From: Ylistrum balloti
Taxonomy: Eukaryota
Direction: 5' to 3'
DNA: 64,000 nt
NCBI RefSeq assembly: GCF_031769215.1
Contig: NW_026782333.1
Coordinates: 744,001 to 808,000, forward strand
Below the pieces are notes generated by a model. That model saw only the letters and a list, made by a program, of their open reading frames with translations. It did not search any database and was not told the DNA's origin. Both the position numbers and the translations under genes were made by a program. Below, in pieces: positions 14,901-27,800 of this stretch; position 1 is the first letter of the stretch; the number at the start of each line of letters is the position of its first letter.

Positions 14901-15569
14901 CACCAACAGACCTTTCTGTTTTCTTAGTTTCGTTTAAATAACACTGATGCAAAATTTTCCCAATTTTAATCACTCTGGTTGGTACAGGTGGAAGTGCATG
15001 AGGGATCTTACTATGGGAGGAGACCTGCTGAGAACTGAACCCATGTGGTCAGGCAGGTTGTTTGTTCATAGTTTGCTCTCGTTTGATCAGTTTGGACTTT
15101 ATGGTTTCAGCTTTCTTCACACATCAGTATTCTGTGATATTGTTTACAACACTTTCTCACTTCCCCATAATCAAAGTCTCATCCATTAGATAAAAAAAAT
15201 ATGAGGTTAAACACTTTTTGTATATTAGATATTTCAAAGGATCACATAAATGAAATGAATCATTTACTTACAAAATACAACCATGCCCATTTTATAGAGA
15301 GGTATCCTATCAAATTACATTTATAGTGCTGTATCGCTGTTGAAATGATTTCTGGGAGTTGTTCTACAAACATGACGTTTATAAGATGAATAGAAATAAG
15401 TTGTCTATTAGCATTAAGTGATTATGCTTCCATGAATAGTGTCCCAGTAATGCTGTTAATCTTTATCATTGCAGTTAAAAATTGTAATAAAACACAAGTG
15501 AATAACACAATTCAATATTGATATATGATTACAAATTGCATTGAGGCTGTTTCGGCCTTGTAGGACTCA

Positions 15570-16720
15570 GCTGTGATGCTGCATCCATCTAGAAAATGTC
15601 GGTGATGCTAAATCACACAACTGTTTTATCTTTCTAGAACTCGTCAGTGATGCTACATCACACAGCTGTTTTATCCTAGAACTCGTCAGTGATGCTACAT
15701 CACACAGCTGTTTTATCATTCTAGGCCTCGTTAGTAATATTATATCATGCAGCTGTTTTGTCCTAGGTCTCGTCAGTAATATATCATACAGCTGTTTTAT
15801 CCTTCTAGGACTCGTCAGTGATGCTACATCGCACATCTCTGTTATCCTCCTAGAACTCGTCAGTGATGCTACATCACACAACTCTGTTATCCTTCTAGAA
15901 CTCGTCAGTGATGCTACATCACACAACTCTGTTATCCTTCTAGAACTCGTCAGTATTGCTACATAACACAGCTGTTTCGTCCTTCTAGGACTGGTCATTG
16001 ATGCTACATCACACAGCTGTTTTATCATCGTCAGTGATGCTACATCACACAGCTCGTAATATTATATCATACAGCTGTTTTGTGATGCTACATCACACAC
16101 ACAACTGTTTTATCTCAGTGATGCTACATCACACAGCTGTTTTATCCTAGAACTCAGTGATGTCACACAGTGATGCTACATCACACAGCTGTTTTATCCT
16201 GTCAGTGATGCTACATCACACAACTCTGTTATCCTTCTAGAACTCGTCAGTGATGCTACATCACACAACTCTGTTATCCTTCTAGAACTCGTCAGTATTG
16301 CTACATAACACAGCTGTTTATCCTCCTAGAACTCGTCAGTGATGCTACATCATACAGCTGTTTTATCATCCTAGAACTCGTCAGTGATGCTACATCACAC
16401 AGCTGTTTTATCTTTCTAGAACTCGTCAGTGATGCTACATCACACAGCTGTTTTATCTTTCTAGAACTCGTCAGTGATGCTACATCACACAACTCTGTTA
16501 TCCTCCAAGAACTCGTCAGTGATGCTACATCAAACAACTCTGTTATCCTTCTAGAACTCGTCAGTGATGCTACATCATACAGCTGTTTTATCATCCTAGA
16601 ACTCGTCAGTGATACTACATCACACAACTCTGTTATCCTCCTAGAACTCGTCAGTGATGCTACATCACACAATTGTTTTATCTTTCTAGAACTTATTAGT
16701 GATACTACATCACACACAGC
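15570..16720. repeat. 45-bp (42-bp variant) minisatellite, ~25 copies, with a scrambled centre
   Basis: Unit ctagaactcgtcagtgatgctacatcacacagctgttttatcttt; truncated monomers at ~16020-16210. It explains ORFs 15567-16028 and 16301-16717. Confidence 0.95.
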
Positions 16721-17049
16721 TCTTTCGCCCTAAATCCTGAACACGATAATTTACCGTCTTCATAGTCATTTGCTGTCGTTGAAATCTCTCAAGGTTTTGG
16801 TAAAACATCACGAGCTGACATACTTTACTTTAACTACTTTAAAATAATTCCACCATCTTAAACGGATAAGTCTTTTCTATCATCATTACTCTGAAATGAT
16901 TAATCTGTGAATTTATGTCTGATACTATTTTAACTAATACTTGGTATCCTTTCCAATATGGTTTGTGCAGATTCAACACCTGTAAATCACAACTACTAGA
17001 AATTTTCGATGATGTATACAACAATCTTGGCAAAGGACACATGATTGAT

Positions 17050-18600
17050 TAACTAATTTTGAGGTTTTTGTTGTAATATCAATTTTCCGAACCAGAAACT
17101 TTCTGGAGTAGAAGTCTCGAAACCTCCCTGACCTCACTTTTGAGGAGTAAGGTTATGAATGCTTCCTGGATGGCGAAAACTTTTTCTGTATACCCAGAGG
17201 GAGGAAAGAAAATTTGCTCTGACGACAAGGGAGGATCCTGTAAAAGTGGGATGCCTAACCCCTCCGTGACAAAGGACAGCGCCAAAGCGTCCTCTGTAAT
17301 CTTCTTCCATTCTGGAAGAAAGGTAGAGACAATCCCTTACGGGTAGATCGGTTTTTGGTAAGTCTAACTCCTGCTAGATGGGATCTGATTCTAGAGGTTA
17401 TGAGAGTCGGAATAGGAAAGACCTACGTCCACCTATTGTGCCGACTCTACAGGCGAGGACACGGAGAGGGAGGAGGCATCAGAAACTCTCTTTCACAAGA
17501 AGTGTAGACGCTACCGCACATTTCTTCGAGTCCTTCTGAACCGAAGGTAGGGTACCCAAAAAGGGTATTACCTGTGAAGGTGCTGTCAGCAACCAGGAAA
17601 GGTAGGGATCTTCTACAGGACAATTCTTCATGAGGGAGACACGTCTGGCCAACACGAGGTAAGATAGAGCAGATACCTGCAAGGAAGCTGATGCTCGCAA
17701 ATCGTATTCAGAGCAGAAGTAACGCTGTCCTAAATATCATCCTGATTTGTCGGGGTGATACGATCCTCAGGAAGATCAGATACCCTATAAAGACACATGT
17801 TTATGTTCCTTTGAACCGAAAATCGCCAGGTCCATTGATTTGCCAGACCAGACAGCTAATTCTCCAGATCTCATCTAAACTGGTTTAACAGAAAATTGCA
17901 ACATGTCAAAGCCTGATGCACAGCAAGCAGCAGAACATTTCTACTTCACTCTTGACCTGGCAGTGGTCAAGGCAGAAGAAAAGTGCTTTCAGTCAAGGTC
18001 CTGTCTGGGCGAACAGGCATCCAATGGGTCACCAACATCTCGATTAACGTGGTGGACTCGGGGACCGATGACAAAGAAGGTATTGAGCACACCTCGGTAG
18101 TCCGGGCAGCGTCAGGCCTCAGGACACGCATCCCAGGTAAAGCCCTCCCGGCCTCAACCTTAGAAGGCTCGGGATCGCCCACGTCAGGAATACACTCGTC
18201 AGAAGATGATTCCTACCGAGGGTCGTCAGAAGACTGCTCATACTGATAAGAATCAATACCAGACCAATGAGGGGAGAGATGAACAACGCCAACAACTGCC
18301 TCACCCTATCCCTCAACGTCCAGGTCTTCAATCTCACGATTGTCAGTTAAACCGGAAAGTGGAGGGCAGGGGTTGGCCGCAGGACCCACTCTGATGAAGG
18401 GCCAATGAAGGACACTAAGATGCAAGGGGGTGAGGGGTGGCGGTGTCAACGAACAAACCTCAAAACCGACTCTTAGCATGAGAGACCAAACCCGACGGAA
18501 CCCCCGATACAGAAACAGAAGAGCGGTACTGCCAGACTCCGAGAAGCTGACAGACCCCACCTTTGCTTTATTCTAACCCTGTCTACTCGTAAGTCATTCT
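17050..18600 (-). mobile_element. Decayed DIRS-like (tyrosine-recombinase) retrotransposon: gag-like region plus the start of RT, 3'-truncated
   Basis: The minus frame near 17080-17345 reads P*GIVSTFLPEWKKITEDALALSFVTEGLGIPLLQDPPLSSEQIFF...AIQEAFITLLLKSEVREV, matching the DIRS RT N-terminus pattern (PVGGRL..F...W..IT.D.W.LS.I.EG..IP....PPL...L..K.A/EI.EV). The upstream LVLARRVSLMK...WLLTAP..LFG-like segment is typical of DIRS ORF1. GC content is raised relative to the flanks. Boundaries are approximate. Confidence 0.75.
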
Positions 18601-18804
18601 TACCAGAGAAAATGGACGTTTAAGGATATCTGGAGCCTTATGGACGGCAGACTGACAACAAAGTTCACTAGGGGACTCTGATTAACAGGGCAGGCATAAG
18701 TCATAAGTCGTAAGAGATATACTGAACTCATATTTGTGACTGTTACATAAGTTAAAAGATAAAAAAAACCCACAAAAATAGAAACGATGGAAGATACCAA
18801 CGAT

Positions 18805-18810
18805 TTTATT
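18805..18810 (-). promoter_or_regulatory. Candidate polyadenylation signal of temptin-like B
   Basis: AATAAA on the minus strand ~50 nt after the TAA stop at 18859. Confidence 0.5.
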
Positions 18811-18858
18811 ATTATTATTTGAACATTTTTTTATACTGGATAAATCTTTAGTACAATT

Positions 18859-21800
18859 TTACAAACAAACTATCGCTGTGTTCACGGATTTACATGCCTC
18901 GAGGTCCATCGGTTCACAGACACCTGTAATGATAAAGTGTCTATTAGAAACATATGTAAGGACACAAGGTGTACTCCACTAACACAACGTCAACGTAGAT
19001 TGTAAACTAAGCTTCACTTAAGATACTATAACAAAAACAGAAAGATAATACCAGTTTGTCATCATAATCATAATCCAAACTCAAATTCAATAAAACTTTG
19101 GCACAATATGAACAAAGGAAAGATTTACACGGAAATGCATGAAAAAGTTCAAGGATAATAAGACTAGTGTACCAGAAGAGTAAGCGTCTTCTGCATCATT
19201 AACGACGTCCGCCATGTAAATCTTGGTCAATCAAAGTATGTCCTCGTTGGAATTTTTCTTATTTGAAAGTTACCATAGATAAACGAATCTTCCTAGTAAA
19301 ACTCAATGTATTATTCACATTTCGCATGAAAAACTACAAAAGACACACAAGTGAATATCATTCAATACAGAGTTGATATTAGATACGGTATCTACAAATG
19401 ATGAATAAAACTGCATCATACAGCTGATTTGTCCATGTAGGAGTGGTTAGTGATGCAAAGGGCCTGGATTTTCGAGCCCTGGGAAGATATTGAAGAAAAT
19501 CAAACTTGGTGGAAATAAATGTCAAATGGTCACATGCCCCTTAATTAACAATAACAATAATAAAGTGATAAGTGTCAGGTAGATATGTTTAAACGTGGTA
19601 TTACAGTCTCAAGGAGTACCAGAAACTAGGTCAATTCTAACATGATACCTGGATGTCCTGTCGCACTACCAGATGGCGTTGCACCCTTGGTCCATGTACA
19701 GTTCGGATCACCTAATTCCTGTCCGTTCGTCCTTCCATCAGAGTCTGAATCCTTTCTACATAACTCAGCGGTCCACTTCATTTTTGCAGCTGCAAAATCC
19801 TTATAACAAACAGACAAGGGATATTTTTAGAAACAGTTCATTTAAAAACCTTTTTTTAAATGAAGACTTGGATTGTTTTAATCTAGTGTTACCATTTCCC
19901 TCTTGACTGCATTGATTTGGAGTAACACAGAAGAACAGGGAATGAAGAAGTGCCATTTATTGTGAAGGTTTGTGAATATATACTGATCAGCTGTATTGAT
20001 CATTAAGTAATATTTTAAGACGCTGTGCGTTGTGTAGCCACCACCCAAATAAGTTGTTCGCTTGTTAGGCTACCACAAAATGACCCAACAACGCACATAT
20101 ACCTCCGCAGAAAGGACGTAAAATGTGTTCATGTTCAGGAAGTAGTTGATGCTGTTATCATTATATATACACATGTATATACATAGATAAAAAAAGAAAA
20201 CTCAAATATATTATAAGATATCGTGTTTTAAATGACAATATGGAACTGTTTCATGCAGATATTACTACGCTTCTTTTCTGTTTGGAAGAAAAATCATATT
20301 ATTTACAGTGTTCCATTTATCTCCCTTCGTCCACTCTTTCGAAGTTTCTCATATACTTCGACAGCTAATGCTACTGGGCCAAGGCGATTTGTTTTCTTAT
20401 TTTATATTATATCTCTCTTGTAAGATAATTGTGCATGAGTACAATCAGGTGCGAGAATTTATGAACTCGTTTTCCTTTGAACTGAAATCTGTTGTGCAGT
20501 CGTTGTTCATTGTACCAGGTAAAACGAAGGCATGATTGGTTTATATTTTAACTCAGAAATGAACTTATTTAAAGATATTCTTGGATTTTGATGCAATAAT
20601 TAATACATACAGATGTAAATGGAAGGAGTCATGACTTACACAGCTCCTATTCGATGGGGCTTGAAGTGGGCCTATAGCTTGTAAAAATGATTCTTTCTGG
20701 GGTTCACCTCCACTAATACTAATGACTCCGGTAAGGCTATAGTAACGCTGTGGTCTCTAGTCAGATACTCTATCAAGAGAAATCCCCACTAGCTATGACT
20801 AGAAAGGTGACCATGTCTTCCCTCAACTTCTACAACTTCTAGTATCAGTAGGACTCATCAGTTTAAAACATAAACTTTGTATTTGAGACCTAATGATGGG
20901 CAGTGTCCAATGAACCTATGAACTGGTGAAATGTAATTGGTTACTATTGTGTAGGTCATTTAAAAGAATGAAAAAGGTAGTTAATTAGATAAACAAGCGA
21001 GTAATTGATCGGCTACTAGCCACTGATAATACCTGATCGTCGATGTTCAAATCTCGGCCCTTCTCCATAAAAACAATTAAGTATGCAAAGTTTCAGTGAC
21101 ATATAACCATTCACTAAACAGCAAAAGGTTCAAAATTCAAAGTCACGCTTGACTGGACATGATCAGTTGTGACTTCCCCAATCACACTCATCCACCATAG
21201 TGATCACATGAAGATCTTATCATGACTGTATGTCTTGAACCTTCATATATCAACATGACTAATTACTCAGGATCTATATGTCAATTCATATTGATATACA
21301 TAACTTCTTATATTTCAACACACACCATGTATACGTCTATGAGTGACCTTGACACATTGATTGATATAGGAAACTGAGACATTGTTACAATCTCGGTGAA
21401 TGTTGAATATGGACCCGCCATAGCCGTTGTGGAATATTCCTCCGTTACGTGAACAGTCGGGGTAACGCCCCCTCCCCCTACGACACCCCACCCCACCCCT
21501 CTCCCTACGACATCCCATCCTATCTCCTCGCCCTACGACAGTCCCTCCCCCACCCCCATCTCCCTTACTAGGTTGAATATGTTACAATATCTTCCCTTTG
21601 AAATAGATCTTAAGGAACTTCAAAACCAGACTTTCGAGTTTTTGATTAGCTATCATTCATGTAGATTTTTCGGCACAGTAATGCTACGATCATATTCGAG
21701 CACCATTGAGAAAATAACCACTACTCGACCAATATGAAATAAGTCGAATTTTCCCGATATTGGCTGACTTTCAACTCTGCCAACATGGAAAATGGGCAAA

Positions 21801-24800
21801 AATGAGTGTGCGCTTAATTCGGAAATTTTCATGGTTGCTCGTTCTTTTTGGCGCACCGCTCCTCGTCAACACACAGTCCATTTGATAGGAAAGTCGGTGT
21901 TTAATTTGGAAGGTCAATCGTGCCAAATTTCTAGCATTACAATTCTGTTGTTGACAACTGTTAACACGTTATGTTGTTTATGACAGTTCAATATTCCAAA
22001 CACTAATTATATTATTGCTATGGCGAACATGTAACTCGCCAATTTCAGTTTTATAATTGACATCTGTAAATTAAATTAACACTACAATCCCCTACATGGT
22101 AATTTCGCATCGAATTGTATCCGGGTCTCTGGCGTGAAAATCGGCTGGCTCTACCAACTGAGCCAAAGAAACCTGTTCCGTCGGCTGTCAAGGTATGCCA
22201 ACAGAGAGAGTAAAGGAAGGACAGTAACTCTAGGAGATCAGAAGTACAATCCACACCGATCAGCTCCTTTTAAAGGCCACGGGTGGGATATAAATGGGAC
22301 ACAACTTAGGGAAATGGAGGAAATTTCAAAAGATTAACTGCCTTCACTTCAGAGAATGTTAATCATTAAGTTTATATTTATCATTAGAATATTTGACTCT
22401 GATTTTGTCATGGGTGCTGATTTTCCTGGTAGGAATCTGAATTTGCTTATGATTTTCTTTCTAAAAGCTTCAAACCTGTAATAGGAACATTAATATGTAA
22501 CAATGGTAGATGTCAATCAAATTTGAATTAGCTTCACTGGAGGTCGATACAGGAAGTTTAAATCTGAAGACATTGCTATGGTCCTTGTCACACATGTTGA
22601 ATTAACAAAGCCCCTACCTTACCAACGGAGACTTGATTCCTTAGACACGAAACATGACTGTTAATCAAAGTACTATAGTCATAACCAGACAGAACTATAT
22701 AACACAAATACATTAAATCAGAATAGGAAATAATGATATGATCAGAATATAGTGTTTATCTCACTGGCGTCATAATACTGCAGTTCCTGATTCTCGATTA
22801 GGATATCACTTCCTCATTAATTGTATGACACAGTTAGGCATAATATTACGTTTGTGCTGCACCAGTTGTTGTACTATGCCTCTCTAGTGATTGTTTTTCC
22901 TCTCTATTGAGCATCTTTCCAAATCTGTACGTATATACATCGTTCTTACAATAATGATTCCGTGTGTGAGGTGGTTGGTTTTCTGTTCCCCACCACAACT
23001 GTCGGAAAGTTTCATTAGTCACACAGGGATGACTAAAACAGTGGGGACAATGTCACATAGGGCTGACTTAAAAAGTGGGGACAATGTCACACAGGGCTGA
23101 CTTAAACAGTGTGGACAACATCAATCAGGGCTGACTAAAACAGTGTGGACAATGTCACACAAGGCTGACTAAAACAGTGGGGGCACTTGGCACACAGGAC
23201 TGACTAAAACAGTGGGGGCACTTGTCACACAGGACTGACTAAAACAGTGGGGACAATGTCACACAGGGCTGACTAAAACAGTGGGGGCACTTGGCACACA
23301 GGACTGACTAACACAGCGGAAACACTTGTCACATAGGGCTGACTAAAACAGTGGGGGCACTTGTCACACCGGGCTGACTAAAACAGTGGGAACAATGTCA
23401 CACAGGGCTGACTAAAACAGTGGGGGCACTTGTCACACCGGGCTGACTAAAACAGTGGGAACAATGTCACACAGGTCTGACTAAAACAGTGGGGGCACTT
23501 GTCACACCGGGCTGACTAAAACAGTGGGGACAATGTCACAAAAGGGTTGAGTAAAACAGTGGGGACACTTGTCACATAGGGTTGACTAAAACAGTGGGGA
23601 CAATGTCACACAGGGTTGAGTAAAACAGTGGGGACACTTGTCACATAGGACCGACTAAAACAGTGGGACACTTGTCACAGGTCTGACTAAAACAGTGGGA
23701 ACAATGTCACACAGTGCCGATTAAAACAGTGAGGACACGTGTATGATTTATAATCTGTTTAAACGATACATTCCTAATATTCCACTTCTTCTAATGCGCT
23801 GTTTGTTGCTTTGTTTTCATCTGTAAGATATTTACTCTTATTTGTCATGTTTATCCTGCCACACCGTACGAGTAATTAGGGCTTGGAGAGAGACTTTCCC
23901 TCCAAACATCCCCTGGTGGGACCAGTGGGCAGTAAGTGTTTTCCTGTAACGTCATGACTTTGGTGGGGAGTAGGGTATCAAGTTCCCTTTGGTGGGGAAT
24001 GCTCTAGACCTTCCATCTGTTTGGAGTTATTTCAGTGATAATTGTACATATTTTTGTACATGTATGTCCTCAAACGAAATATCTTGAGAAGACGAGGTAT
24101 AATTAATTAAGAAAGAAAGATAATTATGGCATTCTTTTATACTTGCACAATAAACTTTTGTTATTTGTAGTTAGCACACAATAAACAGAACCTTCACCGC
24201 CCCTTTAAGGCCCCATCCCTATGAACTGGACCAATCTTTTATACTAGATGAGGATTGTACAATGTAAAATAACAATATTGATGTTTATCAGTAATTGATT
24301 TTGATTTACTCGAGGGTGTTACAAAACACATGTAAACTACAACAATAACATGCTAAATGTATGACTTTTTGATAGAATCGTTTACAATTTTACGGACACA
24401 ATGTATAATAACCATCAAATACAATGCTGTCAGGCTGTTGATACTGACCACGTTGATACTCAAATGGCACCATACATATCAGGAAACGTAGTGTTGCTAT
24501 AGAAACTTAAAGGAAAATCGCAGGTGAAAAAAAGGCATCAAGGTTGAAGATGGAAATACCTGGTGACATCAGCAGAATAATGGGGAAAATAGCTAAACTA
24601 AGGTGAAAAATGCGCTGTGTAGACAGTTGAATCGGCCAGTAAACAATGGTGACATCTTGGAATATATCTTGGACGTCTATATAAAGCAACACAGTGTCAG
24701 TCGAACACTGTATCCGCAAGCATAAGCATGTCTACCTTCATACAAGTGTCAAGAGAGGAAGCTGATCAAACCATATTCGTCAAAGCAAAATCATCTCTTC

Positions 24801-27800
24801 TAGAGTTAATGGAGGTCACAGAAAACCATGCTCGATATTCTGATGGCAACCGTAGCAAGAGCTTTTTACTCAGTAAAGGACTAGTTGCCTTAGTTTCCAT
24901 TGCCAAAAAGGAAAAACGTCTTGTCTTTGGTCATCATCACGATATTTGCCAAACAATGAGTATTTCATCAATCATCGTGTGATGCATGGTTTTATGAGCA
25001 GTGGAATGCTACCTATGCATTGTACAAAGCTTTCCTTTGATTCCAATATTTGGCACATCAATAAGAAGAAAAGAAATTACATATTTCATTCCTACAAGAA
25101 TTTGAGCAGAAATAAACCGTGAATATCAAGTCACAGCAACATTCAATATATGTTTTAGTTCCAAGGTTTAGGGTCCAAGGTTCTAAGTGGTGATGACCTA
25201 GATCCAGCATCAAATATCATCAATAAGTATCATAACAAAACGCATCAAATGGACACGACAGGAGAGTAAATGCAAGAAAGATCCCACAGAAATGAATTTT
25301 AAATGTTACAGAAAAGACAAAATAAAATTTCACAGAACACCAACCAAGACCATTGGATAGAATTCTGTAATTCCCTAAACGATAAAACAGTCACAAAAAC
25401 CTGTATGGAACAAAATTAGGACAATACAAGGCACCCTCTGAAGAAATGCCTTTTCTAGGAAAAATGCAGAGGGAAAAACTAATAATGAATTTCAAAAAGC
25501 AAGTAGTTAAGCAAACTGTACTGATGACTTTGTAGAAAATAAAACAAAAATCACAAATATCGGAAATATGATTAAAGAAGCTGGTAAAGAAAATATGAGC
25601 TTAAACGGTCCATTTTCAGAGCATAGATAATCTATCTTGTACAATTTTAAAACATTGTCCAGATAGCATTAATGATATGATCATTGGACGGTTTAACATA
25701 ACATGTAATTCAGATTCCTACCCACAGAATAGTCATATTGTTATACATATTTACAAGCCGGGTAAAGATAGAGAAATATCAGCATTCTACAGACCTTGAC
25801 CTCTCAGCTAAGTAAAACACTGGAAACAACGATAAACAACAGACTGAAACACAACTTAGAAAAACACAACATCATGAAGATCAAAGCGGCTTTAGAAACA
25901 ACAGGTCGACATTCGACTCCCCAGCTAGAATTACGTCAGAGGTTAAAAACACACTAAGCAAAAAAACATCACATTACAGCTGTATTTCTAGGCCTCGAAA
26001 AAGCTTACGTTCTAGTCTTGCATGAAGGACTTTTTCTATCATTTAAGGAAAATGGTATCTCAGGTTACATCCTAAGATTTATATCTCGATTTCTTAAAGA
26101 TAAGAAAATTCAAGTCATGATAAATAACTCCATGTCAGAAGAAAAAAATCATTAGATAACGGAGTCCCTCAGGGTATTGGCTTCTCGTCTACGCTGTTTA
26201 ATATCATCATGAGTAAACCAAAATTCATAAGAGTATTCACAAACAAACAAATTAGCTGATATGACACAAAGAGTGATGATGATACCAGTATTTGGAGCAC
26301 AAATGATACCAGTATAATGGCTTCTTTTATTTGGAGCACAAATTAAATTATTACAAAGATCGGATGCACCATACAAAAAATTTAAATATAATTCAAGAAT
26401 GGGCTAACTAAACACCATACAAGACCCCTGCCCGAACCCTACCACCACCCCTACCCTATCTCACACCATACAATCAGTACTTATGGCTGTGAGACGATGC
26501 CCAGACACAGGAGGAGTCATGCAGACGGAAAAACTGTCAATCAATCAACGAGAGATATGGTGCGTGATATTCTTGCAAACTGTTATGATTGCCCTTCATC
26601 TATTTTGATGATACAGAATACAGAAATCCGAAACTAAAGATAGGCGTTAAATTGTATTTCACGACAACAGACACTAATCAACTTTATGTTAACTATTGTA
26701 ATATAACAGGTGCCTAACGCTGTACCTTGCAGGCCACTTAACGAGGTATTCCGGACAGTATTGTATCTTTTACACCGTGAGGACACGGAACTTCCCGAAG
26801 GACTTCGAACAGTACTGCTTATGGTTTACTCTGTGAGGACATTCACAGTTAATTACAGTTAGTGGAATTTTACGCTGCACAAAATATTAAGGCAGAAGTC
26901 AATGTGGGAATTGTTTTGAAAAACTTCTTTTATCATCTGCATTTGTTTTTTTCCCTTCTTACTACAAAATATATATATACTGTCATTCTCGTGTTCTTGT
27001 TCAAAAGGTTGATATAACTACAGTGCTGAAGAAAGCTTTTTTTTCATTGTCAAATACACTTTTGAAACTTGATCTATAACTAAAGCCGGAAGTTGAATAT
27101 TAACAGAATGTTGTCTATTGTGATCAATTGATCACAGTTTGTTACTGACAAAATATCACCACCCTCTGGGTCTTGATAATTGAAAAGAAGCCATTTAAAG
27201 GTTTCAACACACCGGATAACGGAAGTGGAATTTTCAGACATGGTTTTATTAAAACATTCAATAAAAAGTTATTACAATGTACAACTGATCAAAATATCAT
27301 CATCCTGTAGCTCTTGGTTATTAATTATAAGCCATTTAACAGTTTTGACATCCTGTGACCTTGAAAGTGGATCATTTATGTTATTATCCTATTATAGACG
27401 ATTACTTGAGCATCTAATAAATGAACTATCAATTCTCTACATCCTGTAGGACTTTGCAGTTGAGATCAAGGATCTTATCACTGTGCTACCATTACGTTAT
27501 TGATTGTAGGCCTATTAATTGTAGAGTTTGAAATGTTAAGGTTCCTTTCAAAAATTGAAACCTATGTGCTTGTTCAACTTATTATTTACGTTAATAGAAT
27601 TTACACTGGAATTTAAAACGAGGAACAAACGTGCAGTGTCTTCTAATCAATTTTGGATTTTCCTTAGTCGCCTGTTGGATTTCAAAGTTCTTACCCCTAA
27701 AGGGCGAAACTGTTGCAAGGTACAGTTTATTTGGCTCTACTGTATCTAACTATTCTATATAAGAATATAGTGACGGTTGAAGGCTTCCTTTCGGGAGGAG

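Noticed and set aside
15567-16717. 153-aa and 138-aa ORFs with an IKQLCDVASLTSSRR repeat
   Set aside because: By-product of a 45/42-bp minisatellite. Frame-breaking indels occur inside the array (16020-16310) and I saw no flanking splice signals.
22105-22173. Functional tRNA gene
   Set aside because: Good A-box, but the T-arm/B-box and acceptor stem are degenerate; kept only as a tRNA-like/SINE head.
24507-24982. EEAD- and STDT-like motifs suggesting a transposon protein
   Set aside because: The two motifs are on opposite strands and too short to support a call.
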